Positions 22,601 to 34,600 of a stretch of DNA of 64,000 bases are shown here, one piece after another. The translations under genes and the position numbers were made by a program. Each line of letters opens with the position of its first letter. The stretch's first letter is position 1. Origin of the DNA: an uncultured bacterium. GTDB lineage: Bacteria > Fidelibacterota > Marinisomatia > Marinisomatales > TCS56. Under the pieces are notes generated by a model that saw only the letters and a list, made by a program, of their open reading frames with translations, was not told the origin of the DNA and did no database searches. The stretch lies in contig CAYPJE010000010.1 of assembly GCA_964410945.1 (NCBI GenBank), positions 15,128 to 79,127 of the forward strand. Direction: 5' to 3'.

Positions 22601-25600
22601 ATGCCCCCCGCAATTTTTTTGTTGGTACTGGCGATACCAAAGCCAACCTGAACTGGAAAGCGGATAACTCATCCGGTTATTCCAAATACTATGTCTATCG
22701 TGGTACTTCGACTGACCCAACTACGGCGATTGCAACAATCACGGGCGGGAACCCGCTCACTTCACATTATATGGATTCCGGTCTGACCAACGGCACCACC
22801 TATTACTACCGCATCCGGGGACAGTATGCCGATAATTCCTACAGTGATTACACAGAGAGCATTGCGATTACTCCGGGCATGTACGTGGTAAATGTCGATG
22901 GAAATATCAACGACTGGTCCAGTATCCGCCAGTTATATAATGATACCAATAATGATGTGGGCAGTGCCGACATTGATTCGGTAAAACTATACGCCGATGA
23001 TGAAACTCTCTATGGAACGGTTGTAACCACATCCAGTCTGGATTGGGATGAAGTCCAGTTGTTCATTGACAGCGACTTCAACGCCGGTACCGGTGAAAGC
23101 AATAATAATCTGGGGGCCGATTACCAGTTAAAGCTTAGTCCAAACAGCAGCGATATATTCAGGAACTACAATGGGAGCTGGCAGGATAACTGGGATTCTG
23201 ATTTTACAGTGGTCCATGCCAATAACAACCAGTTCCACGAATTCAAGATCAGCCTGGATTACATTGGTGATCCTGATTCGTTAAGACTGTACTATCGATC
23301 AAATTCTGATGATAAGGCTCCCGAGGATGACTATTACCTGGTGGTCAACACTGCCCAGGTAGCCCTGGATCCCCCCGGCGGCCTCACGGCCCTGGCGGAC
23401 AGTGCCCAGGTCACCCTGCGCTGGAATGCCCTGGCACCAGCCAACCTGCATAAATATTATGTTTACCGCGACATGGCCTCACCGGCCGTGACCCTGGTGG
23501 ACAGCCTGGTGGCTGCTTCGCCACCGGATACCTTCCTGGTGGATGATGGACTGACCAATGATCAGACCTATTTCTATGCTGTTTCCGCCGTGGACAGCAC
23601 CGGCCGCGAAAGTGAGAAGTCAGCTGAAATCATGTCCACCCCCAACCGCTATCACCAACAGGTGGTGGAATTATTACACACTAATACTTCCTATTCACCG
23701 ACCGAAGACAGCGGTTATCCGTTTAACACGGTTTACTCGGATGTGAAACATCAATCGCTTTACCTGGCCCAGGACTTCACCGAAGCCGGTATTCCGAACG
23801 GTGCCTGGTTGTCTTCGATAGATATAAAACCATCAGCGGTAAACTATGAAATACAGGATTTCCGTCTGGCCCTTGGGGCGACTAACAATACTACAATCAA
23901 TACTTTTACGGATCTTGAGGATTCAGTGGTCCATGGTCCCCTGACCTACAACCAGTCGGAATTCACTGACAACACCTGGAAACGATTCAGTATCGACCCC
24001 TATTACTGGAATGGTACCTCCAACCTGATCCTGGAAGCCAGTGTTGACCGGGATAACTGGGGCGGTAATGGAGGTGTACATATCCGCCAGGTCGATGGCA
24101 CCCGCGGTTACCGGGGTGGCAGTGATGGTGCTTCATATCCTTTTGGAAATATGGGTTGGACGGCACCGGAAGATAGAGTTTTGGCTCTGCAGGTGGTTTA
24201 TTCCACCGTGGAACCGGTGGGTAATTTCCAGGCCGTTGCCTCTCATCAGAGCCTTGATCTGAGCTGGAATGCTCCGGCCAATGGCTCAGTGCAGCAGTAC
24301 ATTGTTTACAGTGGAGCATCAGTCAGTTCAATGGATATTGTGGGCACCACATCCGCCACTTCCTACACTGTTGATAACCTGACCAACGGCAATACCTATT
24401 ACGTCGGTGTCCAGGTCTTATCAACGGGTGACGAATATAGTGGTATCGTCTCCGACCAGGCCATGCCCGAATGGATTGGTCCCCGCTGGTATGTGAACCA
24501 GGCTTATGGCGGTCCCCTGTATGAGGGCAGTCCCGACGCTCCCTATACCCAGATCCAGGACGCCATCGATGTGGCCCCCGCCGGTGATACTGTTTATGTA
24601 TTACCAGGCCGCTATAACAGCAGTGATGACCAGTACCTGCGGTTTGTGGCCGATGATGGATTCTCGGCCAAGAATCTGGTGCTTATGTCCCGTGGCGGAC
24701 CTGATTCGACTGTGATTGATGGTGAATATAATGGCACCAGTGGGAAGCGCTTGTTTGATTTTAATACTAGTACTGATTCGACCTCCCAAGTCATTGGTTT
24801 CAAAATTGTCAATGGTGGTTCCAGCGAATATGCCGGAGCGGCGGTACAGATAACCGGGAATTCCCAGGTTGTTTTCAAAAATTGTGTAATTGATTCCAGC
24901 AGTTCGGTCAGTGGACCAGCCATCTTTCTGGAGAACAACTCCAAGGCCTGGTTCCGGGACTGTGTGATGCGGAATAATGAGCGCACCCATAATGAACATG
25001 TCGGTGGTGGCGTTTTCGCGTTGCATGATAATGACGGTGGTGACGGATGTTATCTATATCTTGACCGTTGCCAGTTGGTAAATAATGCCATTACCTCTAC
25101 CGGCCAAGGTGCTCAGGGAGGCGCGGTTTATGTTGGTAACAGCACCAACAATTCCAACTATCTGGAGGCGGTCAATACCGTTTTTGCCGGAAACTCAGCC
25201 AACAGCAACTGGAATGACGCCAGCGGATCGGCTATCTACAGCACCAATGGAAATTTATCCCTGATCAATTGTACGGTGACGGACAATAGTGGTGATAATA
25301 GCGCCATAGGCATTGAAGGTGGTGACTTGACGGTATTCAACACTATTATCTGGGGTAATACACCGGACATGAATCAGCTTGAGATCTGGGGTCCGGTGAG
25401 TGATGCCGTATCCTACTCGATTATCGAGAATGGTGATCCTGACAGCTATGAGGGTGGCGTACTGAATGCCGATCCGGAATTTGCCGACTATTCCCTCCAT
25501 GACCGCAGCCCGGCCATCGGTGCCGGCCGTACCACAGGTTATGATGCTAACATCCAGGTTATCAATGCCCCGGTCATTGATATAGAAGGCACCGTGCGGC

Positions 25601-28600
25601 CCAATCCCGGCGGCAGCAATCCTGATATGGGCGCTTACGAAAACGCACTTGCCATTACCCCTTATCCGTCCCCGCCCAATAATCTGGCCTCCGAACCGCA
25701 GCATCAGGCGGTAGGTCTGACCTGGAGTCCTTCCGATTCCATGGATGTGGTGAAATACTATGTCTACCAAAGTACCGATTCCGCCAGTTGGACCGCTGTG
25801 GATACGGCAGTTGGCTATGATCCTGCCGGAACCGTGATTTCCGGACTGACCAACAACCAGGCTTACTGGTTTGCTGTTACTTCTGTGGACGGTGATGATT
25901 ACGAGAGTTCCAGGGCTTATACCCAGCAGGTAATGCCCGAGTATCAGGGTCCGGTGTGGTATGTAAATGTCTATTCGACCGGCCCCGTCTTCGAAGGCAG
26001 TCCCGATGCCCCGTTCGATAATATTCAGGATGCCATAGATGCTTCCAATTCCGGTACCGATACGGTGATGGTTCTGCCGATCTATGAGGATGTGACTTAC
26101 GAACGCAGCGGTAACTGGGAACTTGATCCCGGCGGCCGCAATATTGTTATTACCTCTTCTGAGGGCGCCGATTCAACGGTGCTGCTGACTGACAATAATC
26201 ACCGGCATTTCTGGATTCATAATAACGAGTCCAACAGTTTGATCATAAACGGGTTTACCTTTAAAAACAGCGCTAATGACTATGATTCCCCTGGTATCGA
26301 AATGGGTGGATCGGTCTATATCGATGGTGCTTCGCCGGTTTTCACCAATTGTGTTTTCGGGTTCAATACCGCTCTCAGGGGTGGTGCCGTCTATATCGGC
26401 TGGTATGGTGCTCCCCAGTTCCATTCCTGCAAATTCCTGTATAACCACGCCTACAACACCAACCAGGGGTATGAAGGTGGATCGGCCGGCGGTGGTGCGG
26501 TCTTCCTGTCAAACATAGACAATCTATCCGGCCCGGTTGTTATTTTCAACCGCTGCCTGTTTAACGGCAACACGGCCGAGGGCTATTCACAGGCCGCCGG
26601 AGGAGCCGTGAACCTGAATGCCCGTGCATCATTCATTAACAACCTGATCGTTAATAATAAAACCCGCAGTGGTATAACCGGCAGTTGGGCTGACAGTTAC
26701 GGTGGTGGATTATACATCAGAGTTGATATTGACAATAATAATGCCGGGGAAGTCAAAATTATCAACACGACCATTGCCAATGATTCTTGTTTTGCTCCCA
26801 ATGGTGGAAATACACATGGAGGCGGAATCTATATGGATGGCTGGCCCACGCAGATCGTTACCATGTTCAACTCGATTCTGTGGGGGAACCATAGTGATGA
26901 CGACTATTCCAGGAATATTGAAGATGGGGGCGGTAGTATTACTGCCAACTATAATTTAGTTGAAAATGGTGCACAGTTCAGCTGGTTTAATTCCGCCTGG
27001 CCCCAGGGTAACCTGTCCGAAGATCCGGTCTTTACCGATCCGGGAAATGGGGACTATACACTTGATGACCATAGCGGTGCCATTGGCGCCGGTGTATGGA
27101 ATTATGATGGTTCCGATGCACCGACGGTGGACATCACCCAGGCAACCCGGGTTAACGTCAATCCCGACCTTGGTCCCTATGAAAATCCGTTGGAAGAATC
27201 ACCCTATCCGCGGGTAGTTACCAACTTCTACGCCGAAGGCCAATCCTACGGTGCTTACCTGGATTGGGATGCCAATCCCTCTGAAGACGATTTAGCCTAT
27301 TACGCCATTTACCAGGGAACCCAGCCTGGTTTTTCCGTCGTCCCCGGTGATTCGGCAGGTAGGGTTGATTATCATTCTTCCCAGGATGGGAATACGGTCC
27401 AGTTTACGATCGAGGATGGATTGTTGAACGGTGTGGATTATTATTTCGTGGTGATAGCTGTAAATAACAGTGGCTACCGCAGCCTGGTATCCGCAGAAGT
27501 CATGGCCATGCCTGAATATATGGAAACAGTCTGGTTCGTTGACGTGAATAACGATTCCACCGTTTTCGATGGCAGTCCCGAAAGCCCGTTCCCGTACCTG
27601 CTGGTGGCCTTTGATAAGGGTCAGAACGGCGACACGATCATGGTCGCGCCCGGTGAATACAGCGGGAGCAATAACCGTGGAATTAATCTGTGGGATTACT
27701 GGAATGACAAGAGCACCAGGGAGCTGACACTCCTTGGTGAAAAAGGCCCTGACTCCACGGTCTTTGTGCTGAGTGGCGTTGGCGGCAATAATTATTTCAT
27801 GGATATCAGAAATCTGACCGGCGATCCGACGATCCATCTGGAAGGCTTGACCATCAGGGACGCTGTCAATTATGATGGTGGCGCTGTATCCCTGCGCGAT
27901 GGCAGTCTGACAATTACCGACTGTGTATTCGATAACAATGCCACTAAAACCATCACAGCATCAGGTGGTGGAGCGCTCTGGCTTTGGCAGAATGCCAACG
28001 TTGATATTGATCGTTCCCTGTTTAAAAATAATTCTACGTCCGGTCGCGGTGGAGCCATCAATCTGGATAACATGGATTTCAACTTAACCATCAGTAACAG
28101 TATCTTCTATCAGAATGATGCTGATGACGGTGGTGGCGCCATATTTATTTCCCAGAATAATGCCTACACCCAGATCGTACACTGTACCTTTACGGAAAAC
28201 CATTCCAATAATCCTGGTTGGGCGGGAGCAGTGCATTCCGCCGGACCACCCCACGCCAGCGTGATTAACTCTGTTTTCTGGGATAATACTTCCGGTACCG
28301 ATCCAGGCGACCTGACCGGCAGCTTTAACACCGTTGATCATAATGTTCTGGAAAATTCCGCCGGCTGGCCCGGTGAGAACTATACCTTTGATCCCATGCT
28401 CGCCGATGCGGCCGGGGGGGATTTCAGTCTGTCTGAGTTTTCACCGGCGATCGGTATGGGATTAACCGAATACTATGATTATTTCACCGGTAACGTCAAT
28501 CAGCCGGTCCCGGATTATGATTATCTGGGTGAAGTACGGCCCGATCCCGGTGCCACCAGCCCCGATCTGGGGGCCATTGAGCACTGGCGCAGCGAGAACC

Positions 28601-31600
28601 GTAAGTGGGTCTGGCTGGTACAGGCCGATGGTACCGATGAAGGCATGGGTCCGTTCAAGACCATCCAGTACGCCATCGATCAGTCCGCACCATTCGATAC
28701 GGTCCAGGTGGCGGCCGGTACCTACAGCGGTACCGGTAATGTTAACCTGAATTTTTGGGATACATTCATGACCGATAATAAACCGGTGATGATTCGTACC
28801 GCATCCGGTCCGGAGGTCACGGTTATCGAACTGACTGAGGGCGAACGACTATTTGATCTGGATGGTGTCATGCTGGATACGGTGATTGTCAGCGGTTTAA
28901 CGATCCGTGGCGGCAATCTGAGTGCCGGTGACGGTGGTGCCATCAGACTGGTTAATTCAGCCCTTAACTTTGCCAACCTGCGTCTGACAGGCAACAATGC
29001 CTCCGGTATGGGTGGTGCAATTCATACCAGTAATTCCTATGCCAGTTTCACCAATTGTGAGATATTTGGCAACAGTGCCGCCAATGGCGGTGCTGCTTTC
29101 CTGACCGGCGGTATGGTCGGTTTTGATCACTGTACCTTCTACGGCAACCGTGCCGGCGATGATCTGGGTATTGTGGCCGATGGCGGTGAATTGACGGTAA
29201 GAAATTCGGTCCTGTGGAATAATACGATCTCCGAACAGGAAATCGTTGGTACTTCCACCGGTGAAGTCATTACGGTTGAATACTGTGATGTAATGGGCGG
29301 TTTCGAAGATGGAACCAATATCATCAATTTCAGACCTGGATTCACCGATGCCCTGAACGGCGACTTTACGATCGAACCGTGGTCATTTATCCTGGGTGCT
29401 GCTGATACAGCCGAGGTGGATGTTTATGACATCGCCGGTAACCTGCGGCCCGATACTACCGGCGCCGACCTGGGTGCCCGCGAGTCGGAACAGAGCTGGG
29501 CCAACCCGCCGGATTATACCATACCCGTGTTCTGGTATGTCAGTTCCACCGGCAGCGATGATTACACCGGTGACGGCACCCCGTTTGCCACGATCCAGCG
29601 GGCGGCTGACTATGCCCTTTACACTGACACGGTGTACGTTGGCAGTGGTACCTATACGGAAAATATTATTGTGGATGGCAAGCCACTGCATCTGATGGCT
29701 GAAACTGACGCTGGTCAGACCATTATCGATGGTGACGGCAACGGTTGTGTTATCGATATCACCAGCGGTGGATTTGACTCATTCTACCTGGATGGATTCA
29801 CAATCCGGAATGGTGTGGCCGAGAGCGGCGGCGGTGTCAGCCTGTTCAACACGAGTGCGAAAATCAATAATTGTGTGTTTACCGCCAATTCCGCCACGGA
29901 TTACAGCGGCGGCGGACTGTGGGCCTATAAAAATGATTCCTCCCAGGTGTACACGCTTGATATTGTTAATTCCGATTTCAGCGGAAATACTGCGGCCAAC
30001 AAAGGTGCCGGATTAAGAATTACCGATCTGCAGACCACGATGACCAATTGTACCATCAGCGGTAATTCCGCCAGCTATAACACTGGTATACATGTCAGTG
30101 GTTATCTGGCTACTCTTACGATGGAAGATTGCCGTGTACTTGACAACCAGGCGGCAACATACGGTGCCGGCGGTGGAATTTCCAATGGCAGCGCATCATT
30201 GACGCGGGTACTGTTTGCCGGTAATATTGCCAATACCAGCGATGCCGGCTGGAATTCCGGTGGTTTGTCGATCTGGGGTGGTGCCGATGTGGAAATAAAC
30301 AACAGTACCTTTACCGATAACAGCGCCGACTTCGGCAGCGGACTGGCAGTTGGTGCCGGTGCTTCGGCTACGATTAACCATAGTATTTTCTGGGGCAATA
30401 CACCCGATCAATTAGCCCTGGATGTCTGGGAAGGTAATGGCGGTACGATCGATATATCCTGGTCTCTGGCAGAGGGTGGACAACCTGCCGTTACCGGAAC
30501 CGGCGATGCCCTCAATACCCTGAACTGGGATGGTACCAACCGTACCGACGACCCGGCCTTCGGAATGGATTATACCCTGCTGGCCGGATCACCGGCCATC
30601 AATGGCGGTAATCCCGATTCCATTGACAGTGACGGAACCCGTCGTGACATGGGCTTCAAACCCTATCTGACCACCCATTCCGGTCCGGTCTGGTATGTGG
30701 ATGCCGCCTCCGGCAGTGATGTGGACGGCCAGGGCAGTGAAATGGCGCCGTTTGCCAGTGTTCAGGCCGGGGTGAATTTTGCCCCCGCCCACGACACGGT
30801 CAGCGTGGCCGCCGGTATCCATATCGGACAGGTCAAATTCTATGATACAGAAATCGTCCTGACTGGTGTTGGTGATGAAACAATCCTCGATGGTGCCGCA
30901 GCAGGCCCGGTAGTGCACATTACCGACGGATTCACAACCAGTACCGTTGTTAATGATCTGGTAGTAACCGGAGCCCCCGCCGACCAACCGGCTGTTAAAA
31001 TTGATGACAGTGATCCGGAACTCAATAATATCTGGGTACGGGACAATGCCGGTGATGGTATCTATGTAACGGATGGATCACCAACCCTGAATTATTGCCT
31101 TATTACCGATAATGCCGGCGACGGATTGGAAATTGATGCTAGTTCGGCCATTAATACCGTTGCCATGGTCAATAATACTATTTCCGGTAACGATGGAACT
31201 GCGCTGAATAATGGCAGTGCTTCGGCTGGTATAACCCTTCGAAACAGCATAGTTTATGGCAATGGTACTGCGAGTAATGGCAGTATTAATGCCACTTATT
31301 CTGATATTGCCGGTATTGCCGGAACGGGTAACCTGGATGATGTTGATCCACTGTTTGTTGATCCTGCCAGTGTCGATTACAGCCTGCAGATCAACAGCCC
31401 CTGCATCGATGCCGGTGATCCTACCGATTCCGATGACCCGGATGGCACCCCCCGCGATATGGGCGCCCTGTTCTACTACCGTAGTTTTGCCGGTGGAACA
31501 ACAGCCAATACTGGCACAACAGTTACTGTATCCACCGATACTACAGTTGTTGTAAATGATGACTGGGTGGTTCAAGAGAACGATACTCTGGTGATCGATC

Positions 31601-34600
31601 CCGGAGCAACAGTATTTTTAGAAGATAGCGTTTCGATCCGTATTGACGGTGCCCTGGTTGCTAATGGCAATCCTGGTGAACCGATCCAGTTCCGGACAAT
31701 CAACGAAGGCGATTATTTCAACGGAATCATTCTCATGGGCGGACCGGCTACCCGCGCCGACGATCCGGTATATTCCTATATGCTGATCACCGATGTGAAT
31801 CCCGATTCGATACCGCTGACGGTCAATGGCAATGCCATCCTTGAGCATGTTACAATCGCCGGTAATGGCAACGCCACTTCGCTGACCACCGATGGTACGG
31901 TCAACCTGCGCTATTCCATTCTGGAAGGTGGTACGACCGGTGTCATTGTTAATGACAGTTCCTTCGTGGATATCACCGAAGCGGATCATTTCGTCGATTT
32001 CGCCGGTGGTGATTATGCCCTCCTGCCGACCTCATCGGCGATTGACGTAGGTATAGATGAAGCACCGGGTGTTATCGATCCTGATTTCACCTACTCCGAT
32101 GCCGGTGCCTATTATCACGATCAATCGGCCTATCCGGTCTTTAATACAGAAGTAGTATACCCGGCCTTTGGCGAGACAGTCGATGTCAGTCCCGATACCA
32201 GTTCTGATGTTGGCGCAGGATTGGCCGTGGCGACCCGTTTTTACAATATGTACGGCAATGCTAAAACCAATGCTAATGCTGACTGGTCATCCACACTGGG
32301 CAGTTTTGCTCTTGGCAGTACTGATACGACCGACCTGGATGGTGTTTCACTGAATACATTTTATACATCCACCATGGTTGATGATCAAAACACCTTTACT
32401 GTTTCTGTTGCGGGGGTTGATGGAACATCAGGCACTTTCAATGTCGTACCAGGTGCTCCGGATACCGTGTTGTTGGCTGGAACGGTAATAAGTGACACCA
32501 ATATGGTCCAGCTGGATGAGCTGGTACTGGCTGTTGATGTGAAAGACCAGTTTGATAACCTGGTCAGTGACGGCGAGGCCGTTAACTGGACCATCGATCC
32601 GATCGTTGGTGACGGAACTGGATTTGTGTTGGGCAGTGCCACAACCACAACCACCGGTGGACTGGCTACGGTTACGGTTACCACAGATCCGAACACTACG
32701 TTGGCGGTAGGTGACCGGATCAGGGTTCAGGCTGAATCCAACGGTGCCACCGTTTACCATTACGATATTACTATTGTACCGGATGATATCTACAACCTCA
32801 CCATGCCGGGTTCATTGACCGACGCGGTCATTGACCTGTCGGCTGACATTCACAGCATCGAAATTGCGGCCACCATGATCGATACCTTTGATAATCCGCT
32901 GGAAAATGTAGCCGTTAACTGGGCGATCGTGGATGCCAATAATGTCGCTGGCTCCCTGACTGCTATTTCCACACTTACCGATGCCAGTGGTGTGGCCAGT
33001 GTTACTTTGACCACCGGTACCGTAACAGACTATGAATATAAGGTGCTTGGTCTGGTACAGGAGGAAGCGTTATTGGCGGCAATATCCGGTAACAACAAAG
33101 AAGCAGCCCTGCAGGCCAACGGTGTCATCCGGACGACTGATAAGAATGGTAATGTGATTGTTACTGATACACAGATACCGGTCATGGTCAATCCGATCAC
33201 CGTCGCTAACTGGAGCCGGGTTGCCATCTTTGATTTGAATGATACCACCAATGTGATTCGTGTCGTTCCCGGTATACCGGATGCGATTACCCACGCTTTG
33301 GCTACCGATACGGTAATGACCCAGCGTGAAATGCTGGAAATCAGTGTTGAGGTGTTTGATCAGTTCGGCAATCTGGTGGAAGACGGTTCTCTGGTTTCCT
33401 GGGAGCTTGATACCCTGATCGGTGCTGGAGATGGCTTTACATTCTCATCGGCCACATCGATGACCAGTGGTGGTGTGGCTACGGTTGTATTGAGTACGGC
33501 CCCCGCCAGTGGCTTGGAAGTCGGACAGGAATACAAGGTCATTGCCACCTGTGAAGGAATCGAAAACCGCAGCGGCCTGATTACGGTCGTGGTGGATGAT
33601 CCCTACAGTCTGGCACTGGAGGATTACGAACGGACTATTGAGGCCGATTTCCCCAATATTCCATTACATATCACGTTGCTGGATACATTCGATAATTTCC
33701 TCGACGGAATCCCGATTTACTGGTCGATCATCGAAGGTACCGGCGGTGTTTTTGCCAATGGCAAGGACATGGATACCACTTATACGGGAACCGAGGCTAC
33801 CGGCTGGGCCAGTGATACCCTGCATTTATCTAACCTGGCAGGCAGCGCTTACAAAGTGCGGGTGTGGACCGACAACGTCGGAGGTTATTCACCAGCGAGT
33901 ATTATTGATAATCGGGATTTGTCCCTCGAATATGTACCGGCCGAATTTGCGGATGGACGTGAAGTCCTGGCACCGGATGCCGGAATGCCAGCCCTTAACC
34001 TGGCCCTGAGTTCGGTCTTCGATCTTGATGATACCACCGATGTTATTACGGTCCTTCCCGGGGCGCCAAACCTGATTACCTCCGCCGATCCCGACACGGT
34101 CTATGTTGTTCAAGGGCAAGTCGACACGATTACAGTTGATGTGTTTGATGCCTTTGGCAACGATGTTTCCGACGGTAGTGCTGTGGCCTGGAACCCAACG
34201 GCTAACAGTGATTTCGCGGTGCTTAGCCAGGATAATTCGGTCAACACCGGTCAGGCCCAACTGATTGTTTCTGTCGGCAACGAGGCGGCCTGGTTATCCA
34301 CGATTGATTTCAGTATCGAAGTACAATCGGTATTCGATGCCAACAGCGCCCAGAAATTGATCGTGTATGTGGTGGAAGACGTCATTCCGCCGGCACCGGT
34401 AACGGCTGCGGCAATCTCACCGGCTGTCTGGACACCGGTCAATGATTTTGACCTGAGTTGGACAAACCCGGCCGAACATTCCGGTGTAGCTGGTGTTTAT
34501 TATCAGATCGATGATAATGCCGCTGCCTATGTGGCCGGTGATGATATTGCCGAACTGGTGGATGTGGCCATTAATGTCAACGGAAAGTCGACCCTAAAGG

